From contig CAYFPJ010000007.1 in NCBI GenBank assembly GCA_964344965.1, positions 1-48,273 of the forward strand: DNA of 48,273 nt, in the 5' to 3' direction. The DNA is from an uncultured Gammaproteobacteria bacterium (GTDB lineage Bacteria; Patescibacteriota; Patescibacteriia; Magasanikbacterales; UBA922). This document shows positions 17,085-25,231 of this stretch, piece by piece. Under the pieces are notes generated by a model. The model was given only the letters and a program-made list of their open reading frames with translations, searched no databases and had not been told where the DNA came from. Position numbers and translations under genes: made by a program. Positions within the stretch are counted from its first letter, which is position 1. Every line of letters begins with the position of its first letter.

Positions 17085-18521
17085 TTATACTTTTTTAATT
17101 ATTCCTTTTTCTGCGTCCACTTTTACCACATCTCCGTCTGAGAATACTTTGGTAGCATTTTGTACCCCTACCAAACAAGGAATCCCAAATTCTCTAGAGA
17201 CTATAGCGGCGTGATTTGTAATGCTTCCTTCGTCCGTTACAATTGCTGCAGACTTTTTCATGGCAGGTACAAAGTCTTGTCTTGTCATCGTAGCGATCAT
17301 AATATCGCCATCCTCTATCTTGTGCAAGTCTTGATTTGTTATAATAATTTTGGCTGGCCCAATGGCTGTTCCTTTGGACGCGACAGCACCTCTGAGCTCG
17401 CTTGTGTCTACGATGTGTTTTTTTCCAAGCTCAGCAATAGCTTTTTTGTATGCAGCATCTCCTGAATAGATTTCAATATTGCCACCAACATCAATAAGAA
17501 GAAATCCTTTTTCCCGTTCTTTTGCAAGTGCTTGAAAATCGTAGACATCTTCATTATTCAGACCAGATGCAATTTCTTCGTTTGTTAGATTTGTTGCTTG
17601 TTCAGTAGTAATAACAAGACGTTCCCCGATTTCTTCGTACATGTATCTATCGAGCAAGTACATCTTTTGCCTCAGCGTATCGCGATAATCACGCACAAAG
17701 ACGGTATGCTTGAGCATAAGGATGAGATCAAACAGCGGGTCTGTTGGGTCAAGCTTGAGACTACTTAGTGCACAATCAAACTTCATCTTTCGCCCTCTCA
17801 TTTGGGCAGTGAGCTCATGCAATTCTCTGACAGGGTCTTTCATTTCAGCGAGTGCCTTGCGAAAGTGTTCGATCATGTACGGTTCATGGTCAAAACCAAA
17901 CATAGGGATATGCTCAAACCGTTTTGCATGAGTAGAAAGTTTTGTTTCAAACGCATCTTTCGTCAGCGCAGGCTGCTCTAACTTCAGGTGTAGGAGTGCA
18001 ATGCGTTCTTTCATAGCATCGTTTTCTTCGAGTGGGGTACAGAAATTGAGCATGTACTTTTCGAGCAGCATGCTTCCCATTCCTCTCTTTTCTAGCTCAT
18101 TTCTAACCTTCTGCTCGATTACTTCATTGATCAAGTAAATCATCCAAGTTCGTGAATTCGTCCAACTAACTTCGTTTGCCACATGACGTTGAAGCGAAAG
18201 CAGTTCATCATTTGTGAGAGTTGGAAGATTGATTGGAAATGACTTGCTAAAGCGTTCGAGCTGATGCTCCAGAAATGTCTGCGCTTCCCATGGAATAGTT
18301 CGAACCCATTTTTTTTGGTCAAGCAAGTCCCACTGATTTTTTCTATACTGCTTCCACTCCTCAGCATCTACATAGTATTCTGTTTTCTTTCCATCAAAAT
18401 ACTGCAATGTTTTTCTAATACCAAAACCGTACGTGTACTTCTCCTTTTTCCAAAATCCATCATTCCAAAACAAACACATTTGGAGTGAAATTCTGCGTGT
18501 ATTAATGTGGTGCCATTTCAT
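17085..18521 (-). CDS. PEP-utilizing enzyme mobile-domain protein (PpsA/rifampin-phosphotransferase-like swivel His domain at the C-terminus)
   Basis: The C-terminal ~90 aa is GDIMIATMTRQDFVPAMKKSAAIVTDEGSITNHAAIVSREFGIPCLVG. The N-terminal ~380 aa was not recognised. Confidence 0.75.
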   Translation of the reverse strand: MKWHHINTRRISLQMCLFWNDGFWKKEKYTYGFGIRKTLQYFDGKKTEYYVDAEEWKQYRKNQWDLLDQKKWVRTIPWEAQTFLEHQLERFSKSFPINLPTLTNDELLSLQRHVANEVSWTNSRTWMIYLINEVIEQKVRNELEKRGMGSMLLEKYMLNFCTPLEENDAMKERIALLHLKLEQPALTKDAFETKLSTHAKRFEHIPMFGFDHEPYMIEHFRKALAEMKDPVRELHELTAQMRGRKMKFDCALSSLKLDPTDPLFDLILMLKHTVFVRDYRDTLRQKMYLLDRYMYEEIGERLVITTEQATNLTNEEIASGLNNEDVYDFQALAKEREKGFLLIDVGGNIEIYSGDAAYKKAIAELGKKHIVDTSELRGAVASKGTAIGPAKIIITNQDLHKIEDGDIMIATMTRQDFVPAMKKSAAIVTDEGSITNHAAIVSREFGIPCLVGVQNATKVFSDGDVVKVDAEKGIIKKV

Positions 18522-18535
18522 AGTGTATATGTTAT

Positions 18536-18600
18536 GTAACTCAGGCCTTTAGGCCTGATGAGCTCCAATGCACTGGGTCAAACCTAAAGGTTTGAGTTAC
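18536..18600 (-). other. 65-nt predicted three-way-junction structure 14 nt upstream of the PEP-utilizing gene start codon
   Basis: P1 is gtaactca/tgagttac, with hairpins ggcc-ttta-ggcc and tcaaacc-taaa-ggtttga. Strand is assigned only from its position in the 5' UTR of the minus-strand gene. Confidence 0.35.
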
Positions 18601-18652
18601 AGGATTAGTGAACACATTTGAACTTCCATTCAGAAATAGAAACTCAAACGGA

Positions 18653-18696
18653 TCTCGGAAGCAGGCAGCGATGACTCGTACTGCGAGCTTCCGAGA
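18653..18696 (-). terminator. GC-rich hairpin downstream of the histidine phosphatase gene
   Basis: tctcggaagc / gcttccgaga, a 10-bp perfect stem. A second hairpin, cttcgc/gcgaag, lies at about 18710-18730. Confidence 0.4.
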
Positions 18697-18765
18697 AGGA
18701 GCAGCCGTGCTTCGCCTGGAGGAAGCGAAGTGCGACATTGTGGACGACTCAGTGGTGACGGGTTC

Positions 18766-19494
18766 CTACAGAGGGCCTTCATCCCCTTTTTGGGATCTGA
18801 ACAGCGGGGCGAGTACACGTCCCTGGCGCAGCGGTGGGGGATTCATGAGCTCCCTATTCGGGATGTGTCGGCACCCGACGAATTCCCCTCCAGCCTTCAG
18901 GATTACTTCGATGACATCCCCGTATGCCATCATTTCGTCCGGGTCGGGGAACCACTTGTCCAGGATGTTTGGGTGTCGAAGTGCTGTCACGATGTGCTCA
19001 GCCCTATACCCAGAGTGGGCACCGAAAAGGATATTCTTGCCGCCTATATTTGAGACGGCTTTCTCGAATTCCAGAAAAAGCGCGGCTCCCTCCCTGCCTC
19101 GCTCGAAGCGGGTCTTGTCGAGGAAGCGTGAGACTTTCTGGTCCCACTTTCTGTAGCCCAAGAGCTGTTCGGTCGTTATCTCCAGCTCTGCCGCGAGATG
19201 TCTGATGTTGAATTTAGCTCTGTTCTCCATCTCATCCAGAGGATTGAGGCGTGAGTCAGTCATAATTCGCGTATCCGTCTGCTGAGCCCCACGCAACACG
19301 CATGCTACGGTTTCTATCCCCCTCAGATAGAGGCTGGAGAATGCAAAGGCAAAATACAGGTTCATGCCAAGCGTTACTCCAACTACCTTGAGCTTCTCAC
19401 GCCACTCGGGCGTGAGCTCGTTGTACTCGTGCTCGCCGTGACGAACGCCGAGGATTCGGTATTCGTCGTCCTTCAACTGACGAAACTGCAACAT
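18766..19494 (-). CDS. Histidine phosphatase family protein (phosphoglycerate-mutase-like), visibly GC-rich
   Basis: RHGEHE motif near the N-terminus (ILGVRHGEHEYN), later GAHSG. Start at ATG 19494 is preceded by SD gggggag at 6-nt spacing. The longer ORF to 19692 runs into AT-rich non-coding sequence. Confidence 0.75.
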   Translation of the reverse strand: MLQFRQLKDDEYRILGVRHGEHEYNELTPEWREKLKVVGVTLGMNLYFAFAFSSLYLRGIETVACVLRGAQQTDTRIMTDSRLNPLDEMENRAKFNIRHLAAELEITTEQLLGYRKWDQKVSRFLDKTRFERGREGAALFLEFEKAVSNIGGKNILFGAHSGYRAEHIVTALRHPNILDKWFPDPDEMMAYGDVIEVILKAGGEFVGCRHIPNRELMNPPPLRQGRVLAPLFRSQKGDEGPL

Positions 19495-19626
19495 TATACA
19501 CTCCCCCGAAACCAGGCCTCGGTGGCGGGCGCTAAAAAAGTTGAAAGAACGAAGAAATTTCCGTCGATATCGTGAAATACTGGATTTCTTGACATTGAAC
19601 AAGTAAATATATATAATAAATAAAGA

Positions 19627-19663
19627 GTGGTAAATACCACCACGTGGTGTAGATAAGCACCAC
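19627..19663. promoter_or_regulatory. GTGGT/ACCAC palindromes in the phosphatase / TrmB divergent intergenic region (candidate operator)
   Basis: GTGGTAAATACCAC (19627-19640) is followed by GTGGT-N10-ACCAC (19644-19663). Confidence 0.4.
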
Positions 19664-19741
19664 TTAGTATAAAAATAGCTATAATTAGGCAAAAAAGATA
19701 TGCACAGGACCTCATTGCATTACGCCCTGTAAACTTTTCAT

Positions 19742-20491
19742 ATGTACTTAGATGTTTTAGAAAACCTTGGGTTATCAAAAAACGAAGCAAAAATTTATGA
19801 AGCTCTGCTTGAGATTGGAGAAAGTACAGTGAGCAAACTTTCGGGCAGAAGTAAAATTCACAGGAGGAACATCTATGACTCTATGAATCGTCTCATCGAG
19901 AAAGGCCTAGTTTTTCAGGTTATTGGTAGAGGGGATAACCTCTACAAGCCAGTCGAGCCAGCTAAATTGATGGAATTGGTAGACGAAAAAAGGGCAAAAT
20001 TAGAAAAAATTCTCCCAGATCTCAATTTGCAATACGAAGAAAAGCCGCATCTGGAGGCGGCTTATATTTATAAGGGTCTAGAAGGGTTCAAAAACTATCT
20101 TCGCGATATTTTGAGCACAAACGAAGATGCCTATTTTATAGGGGCAAAAGGGGCCTGGTTTGATCCACGACTCAAGACATTTTTAGATAAATTTCTAATT
20201 GATGCCCAGAGTAGAGGTATTCAGTATTATCACCTCTTTGATTATGAAGTCAGAAATGGAGCAGCGCATGTGCCAGAGGCAGTCGGAAAGCCTTACAAAT
20301 TTCTTCCGCAGGAGTACTCAACTCCCAGCATGGTAGATATATTTGGAGACCATGTGGTGTCCTTCACAGGAGCTGGGCTTACCAAAATAAGTGATGATAT
20401 TACTATCTTTGTTAATATTTCTAGACCTCTAGCTACTAGCTACAAAACTTGGTTTCAGTTCATGTTTGACCATTGTCCAGAGGGAGATTAA
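19742..20491 (+). CDS. TrmB family transcriptional regulator
   Basis: N-terminal wHTH LENLGLSKNEAKIYEALLEIGESTVSKLSGRSKIHRRNIYDSMNRLIEKGLV; 249 aa. Confidence 0.8.
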   Translation: MYLDVLENLGLSKNEAKIYEALLEIGESTVSKLSGRSKIHRRNIYDSMNRLIEKGLVFQVIGRGDNLYKPVEPAKLMELVDEKRAKLEKILPDLNLQYEEKPHLEAAYIYKGLEGFKNYLRDILSTNEDAYFIGAKGAWFDPRLKTFLDKFLIDAQSRGIQYYHLFDYEVRNGAAHVPEAVGKPYKFLPQEYSTPSMVDIFGDHVVSFTGAGLTKISDDITIFVNISRPLATSYKTWFQFMFDHCPEGD

Positions 20492-22484
20492 TTTTTGTCA
20501 TCTCCTCCACCGCCCAGATCAACCTCTTTGCATCTTCCATATCATTACACAAACCAACAGAGACGCGGACCACACCTTCATTATTGTCAGTTAATTTCCT
20601 GATGACATTGTAAACACAAAAGTTTCCAGACCGCACTCCAATGCCATAGTCGTCATTTAACATTTGGGCGGTTTTTTCCGGTGTCAAACCCTTGATATTG
20701 AAAGTAATGATGCTATTGAGATGATTTTCTTTTGTGTGGACTGTGATTTTTTTATTGCTTTTTAGATAATCATATATTTTTTTGGCAATGCGATATTCAT
20801 GTCGATGAATATTCTCTAACCCTATTTCAGATAATTTTTGCAAAGCCACTGTCATGGCAATGGCCCCAGCAGCATTCGGCGTACCAGGATCATGAGTGAG
20901 ATTATTTTTTTGCCAATAAAATTTACCATCTTCATCTATATAATCTATATTACCGCCACCGATTTGATAAGGCAAAAATTGATCAAAAAAATGTTTTGGT
21001 CCAATAATAAAACCACTGCCATAGGGAGCATAAAATTTGTGGCCACTAGCAATTAGAAAATCAATTTTTAAATCTGTCATATCGATTTTTTTATGTTGGA
21101 TGTATTGACAGGCGTCAACAATAAAATAAGTATTATATTTTTTACAGAGCTGCCCAATAGTTTTCAGATCTGGACAATAGCCAGTGACATTTGATGAAGC
21201 TGTCACTACTAGAGCTTTGATTTTGTTGTCTGACAATATTTTTTCAATATCACGAATATCAAATTCTAGATCATTATTGACATCATAGGTGAGGACAAAT
21301 TTTTTACCAGTATTTTGGATTTCCTCTCCTAAGGTCTTCTCATTATCAGAATGGCGTTGTTTGTCTAGGTGTCTTATCCCTTCTGACTTTATCCACGGCA
21401 ACCAAGACGAGCTGTGCTCTATAGAAGAGACTGCTATTTTTCCAGGCAAAAAAGAAAAAAAATGAGCCAGCATGTTCATTCCTCCTGTAGTGTTGTTTGA
21501 GAATAAAACATAGGAATTCATTGGAGCATGAACAAAATTTTTGATTACTTCTCTACTTTTTTCATATTGATCAGTCGAGACTTGTGATTTTTGACCAGCC
21601 CCCCTGTGCACAGACCCATAGTGGCTCATGAAGTTTTGAATTTTTTCTTGTACCACTTGGAGTGGTGGTGTAGTGGCGGCATTATCGAAATTTACATACC
21701 TCGTTTTTCCAAGCTTGTTGGTTTGGACTTGATAATTCTGCACCTCATCAGGAAATAATTCAGAAGAGTTGTCTTTTGTTGTAATTGGTTTTTGAGCCAC
21801 AAGCAACAATGTATTAATTTTTTGTAGTAGAGTTTTTGTTTCAAATCCTAGATCATCAATCCATTTTATTAGTTCCTCTTTTGGTGCCAGGTCATTGAGA
21901 TACAAATGATGATATGACCATTCGGTCAAAGTTATGTCATCGCTGGTGTTTTCGACTAAGTGATGGAAATGCTTTGCTTGGTTCAGAGCTGCTATGTTTT
22001 CATCTTTGTGTGTCACCAGATCACCAAGAATGAACCATCCACCAGGTTTTAGACTTTGGTATATTTTTTCTAATACTTTCTTTTTGCCGGCAGTATTTTG
22101 ATGATGTAGACCAATAACAGAAATAATTAGATCATATTTATTTTCATCAAAATTTGTTTCTGCATAGTCTGCTAAAATATATTTGACGTCACTATCCCCC
22201 AACTTTTTTCTGGCACCATCAAGCATGCTTTTGGAAAAGTCCACAACATCAAATTTAGCTTGAGGCAGGAGATCTTTTAACAATCTGCTGGTATTACCCG
22301 TTCCTGCGCCGAGATCTAGAATTGAATATGTTTGATTTGGGGAAAAATTTTTTGTCACGAATTCAGCTATTTTGCTGTGCAATTCGTGATAATGAGGGAT
22401 CACTCCAATGATATCTTTGTCATATTTTTCATCGGCGTAAGAGTCGTAATTCAAGTCACCACTCTCGACATTTGTTGTTTCCAT
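20460..22484 (-). CDS. Fusion protein: N-terminal class I SAM-dependent methyltransferase + C-terminal class V aminotransferase / cysteine-desulfurase-like PLP enzyme
   Basis: SAM motif I is ILDLGAGTGNTS, with ..LKPGGWFILGDLV. The C-terminal half has NFDNAATTPP, the SSIEHSS region, and the PLP-lysine motif ASGHKFYAPYGSG. Confidence 0.8.
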   Translation of the reverse strand: METTNVESGDLNYDSYADEKYDKDIIGVIPHYHELHSKIAEFVTKNFSPNQTYSILDLGAGTGNTSRLLKDLLPQAKFDVVDFSKSMLDGARKKLGDSDVKYILADYAETNFDENKYDLIISVIGLHHQNTAGKKKVLEKIYQSLKPGGWFILGDLVTHKDENIAALNQAKHFHHLVENTSDDITLTEWSYHHLYLNDLAPKEELIKWIDDLGFETKTLLQKINTLLLVAQKPITTKDNSSELFPDEVQNYQVQTNKLGKTRYVNFDNAATTPPLQVVQEKIQNFMSHYGSVHRGAGQKSQVSTDQYEKSREVIKNFVHAPMNSYVLFSNNTTGGMNMLAHFFSFLPGKIAVSSIEHSSSWLPWIKSEGIRHLDKQRHSDNEKTLGEEIQNTGKKFVLTYDVNNDLEFDIRDIEKILSDNKIKALVVTASSNVTGYCPDLKTIGQLCKKYNTYFIVDACQYIQHKKIDMTDLKIDFLIASGHKFYAPYGSGFIIGPKHFFDQFLPYQIGGGNIDYIDEDGKFYWQKNNLTHDPGTPNAAGAIAMTVALQKLSEIGLENIHRHEYRIAKKIYDYLKSNKKITVHTKENHLNSIITFNIKGLTPEKTAQMLNDDYGIGVRSGNFCVYNVIRKLTDNNEGVVRVSVGLCNDMEDAKRLIWAVEEMTKINLPLDNGQT

Positions 22485-22528
22485 ATATTTTGGATTACTA
22501 GCTGACCAAGCATTTTAATCCAAAATAT
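22485..22528. promoter_or_regulatory. 13-bp perfect inverted repeat abutting the start codon of the methyltransferase-aminotransferase gene
   Basis: atattttggatta (22485-22497) pairs with taatccaaaatat (22516-22528), with an 18-nt loop. Confidence 0.45.
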
Positions 22529-22685
22529 TGATAGTGTAAATAATTATAGACAAATAATCTTTACAATTTACCTAAAATAAAGTATAATTCATACACAAAA
22601 TAAAACTGTCGTAAAATTTTGATACACAAAAATGTGGATAGGGCTCCGCTGCGCTACGCCCTATAAATATTTTTTGAATTCCAAA

Positions 22686-22821
22686 CTCGTCATTGCGAGG
22701 AGTGGGCGAAGCCACACGACGAAGCAATCTATACTTTGTAAGTGTAGATTGCTTCGTCATCCCGGACTTCGTACAGTACCATACGGTACTGCACTTCGTC
22801 GGGATTCCTCGCAATGACGAG
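22686..22821. repeat. Nested GC-rich palindromic element (no ORF)
   Basis: Outer 16-bp arms are ctcgtcattgcgagga / tcctcgcaatgacgag. Inner 14-bp hairpin is gacgaagcaatcta / tagattgcttcgtc, plus cagtacc-atac-ggtactg. Confidence 0.75.
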
Positions 22822-22855
22822 AGCTTTGTTTCGTAATCCAAAGTAAATATGTGAT

Positions 22856-23608
22856 ATGGAAAATTTGACTACACTTAAAAACTTGGGATTGTCAGATCAA
22901 GAAGCTGATATATATCTGGCCATGCTTAAGCTTGGGGGATCACAAGCTAGCAAAATTGCCAAGGACGTTGGTATCAAGAGGACCACTATCTATCCAATTT
23001 TGAAAAAATTGGCATCAGAGGGGTTTGTCAATGTTTATTTTCGCCAAAATAAGCGCTTTTATTATGCTCAGAAGCCACAAAGAGTGGCAGCTTTGTTCGG
23101 CAAGAAGTTAGATTCATTTTATGCCATGATTCCGATGTTGGAGCAATTAGAAAAAAAGGAAGTCCAGATGACAGGGTTGCGTTTTATTGAGACTCTGGAC
23201 GAGTTGAAGCAATTTTATACTGGGATATTAGACGAGTATAGAGATAAGGAATATTATATTATTGGCAGTGCGGGTGGTTGGGAAGATCTTGATAATGAAT
23301 GGTTTAGGCAGTATCGTTATGATCGAGGGCGAAACAATATTCATACAAAATTGCTACTTACAGACGAATCAAAGAGTGTAAATCCTGAAGATGAGAAACT
23401 CCTCCGAGATGTTAGATTTCTTCCTCCTAAGTATAAATTTACAAGTATTATTGACATTTTTGATGACAAAATTTTGATTGTTAGTGCTGAGCTTTCCTCT
23501 CTAGCTGTTGTCATTCAGATTCCAGCCATGCATGATATTTTCAAGAGTATTTTTGATATGCTTTGGGATTTGACGCCAATAGCTGATTTGACAAAAAGTA
23601 TTACTTAG
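22856..23608 (+). CDS. TrmB family transcriptional regulator (second copy)
   Basis: LKNLGLSDQEADIYLAMLKLGGSQASKIAKDVGIKRTTIYPILKKLASEGFV; 250 aa. Confidence 0.8.
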   Translation: MENLTTLKNLGLSDQEADIYLAMLKLGGSQASKIAKDVGIKRTTIYPILKKLASEGFVNVYFRQNKRFYYAQKPQRVAALFGKKLDSFYAMIPMLEQLEKKEVQMTGLRFIETLDELKQFYTGILDEYRDKEYYIIGSAGGWEDLDNEWFRQYRYDRGRNNIHTKLLLTDESKSVNPEDEKLLRDVRFLPPKYKFTSIIDIFDDKILIVSAELSSLAVVIQIPAMHDIFKSIFDMLWDLTPIADLTKSIT

Positions 23609-23648
23609 TGTATACTTTATATATCTAATATACTAATTAAATAATACT

Positions 23649-23948
23649 ATGAAAACCGCAACCATTACTGTAAAAGTAAAGCCAGAAATAAAAAAACAAG
23701 CCAAACAAGTAGCTGATGATTTGGGTTTCAATCTTAGCTCATTGGTCAATGCCTACCTTGCCGACCTAATTCGTAATCGAAGAGTTTATTTTGATGGTCG
23801 ACCTGAAATTCCTAATGAATATTTTAAGCAGGCATTGCAAGAGTCACAGCAGGATTATCGGAATGATGATTCGATCTCTTTTGACAATGCTGATGATGCT
23901 ATAGCGTATTTGGAAGATACTATTAAGGAGGACGAACATGAAAATTAA
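23649..23948 (+). CDS. RelB/DinJ family antitoxin
   Basis: ITVKVKPEIKKQAKQVADDLGFNLSSLVNAYLADLIRN is an RHH DinJ-like N-terminus. It overlaps the toxin gene by 11 nt. Confidence 0.75.
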   Translation: MKTATITVKVKPEIKKQAKQVADDLGFNLSSLVNAYLADLIRNRRVYFDGRPEIPNEYFKQALQESQQDYRNDDSISFDNADDAIAYLEDTIKEDEHEN

Positions 23949-24195
23949 GTATTCTAAGAAATTTGAAAAATGTCTTAATAAGGTTCCTCTTCATATCAAG
24001 AAAGCATTTGTCGGAAGATTAAGACTTTTTCAACATGACCGGTATCATCCGCGATTGAATTATCATAGATTGAAAGGTGAATATCGGGATTATTGGAGTA
24101 TCAATGTTACTGGTGATTGGCGAGCATTGTTTGAGGAAGAAGACGGAATAGTGAAATTTCATTTGTTTGGGACTCATAGTGAACTTTATGGATAA
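23938..24195 (+). CDS. RelE/ParE family mRNA-interferase toxin
   Basis: 85 aa with ...YHRLKGEYRDYWSINVTGDWRALFEEED... SD aaggagg lies 7 nt upstream, inside the antitoxin gene. Confidence 0.75.
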   Translation: MKIKYSKKFEKCLNKVPLHIKKAFVGRLRLFQHDRYHPRLNYHRLKGEYRDYWSINVTGDWRALFEEEDGIVKFHLFGTHSELYG

Positions 24196-24198
24196 GGA

Positions 24199-24224
24199 AA
24201 CCCTCCTAATGAGGAGGGGTTTTA
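24199..24224 (+). terminator. Rho-independent terminator after the TA module
   Basis: aaccctcct-aatg-aggaggggtt followed by tt. Confidence 0.65.
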
Positions 24225-24287
24225 CCATGGTAATAAAAGTTGAATAATATTGAGAAATATAGTAGGATTGTTTCACATGGAAGATAT

Positions 24288-24397
24288 GCCCCTGTAGTTT
24301 CCCGATAGCACTCGTGTTAATCGGGACCAGCTTCTGGCTGGCAATGTTGGTGTGCGGGGCTCTGTAGTCTAATGGATACCTGTCCGCCAGTGCCTAT
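24288..24397 (+). pseudogene. Two decayed tRNA-Arg-derived fragments upstream of the intact gene
   Basis: 24288-24360 starts gcccctgtagtt (identical to the tRNA 5' end) and ends tgcggggc, but has no T-loop. 24353-24397 contains ctgtagtctaatggata, compared with ctgtagttcaatggata in the tRNA. Confidence 0.5.
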
Positions 24398-24469
24398 GCC
24401 CCTGTAGTTCAATGGATAGAACAAGACACTCCTAACGTCTAGATCTAGGTTCGACTCCTGGTGGGGGCA
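24398..24469 (+). tRNA. tRNA-Arg (anticodon CCU)
   Basis: Acceptor gcccctg/tgggggc (two G-U pairs), D arm gttc-aatggata-gaac, anticodon loop ctCCTaa, T arm ctagg-ttcgact-cctgg, discriminator a. Confidence 0.8.
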
Positions 24470-24549
24470 CTTATTACAACTAACAATTAACAAATTTTGA
24501 AATTAGAATTTGTTTTATCAAGCTAGTTTGTTACTTGTTACTTATTATT

Positions 24550-25158
24550 GTGAAAAATCTCGTTCTAGCAACTACAAATCCTACCAAAGTAGAGCGTTAT
24601 GGCAGATTTCTCTCCCATTTTAGCAATCTCAACCTCCTCTCACTAGGGGATTTCTCTGATTTACCAAAGATTGACGAACCTTTTGACACAGCTGAAAAAA
24701 ATGCTATCCATAAAGCCAAGAAATATCATGAATTGCTAAATGAAAATGTCTTGGCAGTAGATGAGGCTCTATACGTAGATTTCCTCCCCCAAAGGGAGCA
24801 GCCTGGTGTTCATCCTCGTAGGGTAGTTGATGGGGTCACGGCAGTCAGCGATGAGGAGATTTTGGAGTACTGGCTTAATAAATTGAAAATTAGAGAAGAT
24901 TTGGGAGGTGGATACTGGCTCAGCGCCTATGTGATTTGCCCTGTGGGTAAAGAAATAATGAGTTGCGAACATAAGAGTCATTTTTTGTTTGATATCTTTG
25001 ATCCAGCAGGTTATTTACCAGGGTATCCGATGTCTGGTATTTGTAAGGTAGAACTTTATAATAAGGTGTATGCTAAGATGAGTGAAACAGAGCGCTGTGG
25101 ATATGATAAAAAAATATTAACTCCTTTGACCGCCATAATTGAACAATTTTTATCTTAA
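24550..25158 (+). CDS. Ham1/ITPase-like non-canonical NTP pyrophosphatase family protein (divergent)
   Basis: VKNLVLATTNPTKVERY resembles the Ham1 N-terminal ATgNxgKxxE motif. GTG 24550 chosen; the ORF track starts at TTG 24535. Confidence 0.5.
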   Translation: MKNLVLATTNPTKVERYGRFLSHFSNLNLLSLGDFSDLPKIDEPFDTAEKNAIHKAKKYHELLNENVLAVDEALYVDFLPQREQPGVHPRRVVDGVTAVSDEEILEYWLNKLKIREDLGGGYWLSAYVICPVGKEIMSCEHKSHFLFDIFDPAGYLPGYPMSGICKVELYNKVYAKMSETERCGYDKKILTPLTAIIEQFLS

Positions 25159-25203
25159 AAGTACAGACTATTGTATACAAACTTTTTTAAAGTTAGTCAG
25201 GAG

Positions 25204-25231
25204 AAACACTTTGTTTAATAAAGTGTTTTTT
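25204..25231. terminator. Terminator between convergent genes
   Basis: aaacacttt-gtttaat-aaagtgttt followed by ttt. Confidence 0.65.

Noticed and set aside
18555-18562. CUGAUGAG, the hammerhead ribozyme core word, next to a hairpin.
   Set aside because: No helix II follows it and no GAAA or cleavage-site triplet is in register, on either strand. The surrounding fold is a plain three-way junction.
18536-18600. Integron attC-like site at the end of the GC-rich cassette (gtaac ... gttac ends).
   Set aside because: The core sites fit RYYYAAC/GTTRRRY poorly. The fold is a branched junction rather than a single imperfect hairpin, and no integrase is present.
18608-19205. Plus-strand ORFs 18608..19156, 18730..19053 and 18924..19205.
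   Set aside because: They are antisense shadows of the GC-rich phosphatase gene and have no recognisable motifs.
22572-22841. ORFs 22572..22841 (-) and 22632..22817 (+).
   Set aside because: They lie entirely within nested palindromes. The peptides are mirror-image repeat words and not genes.
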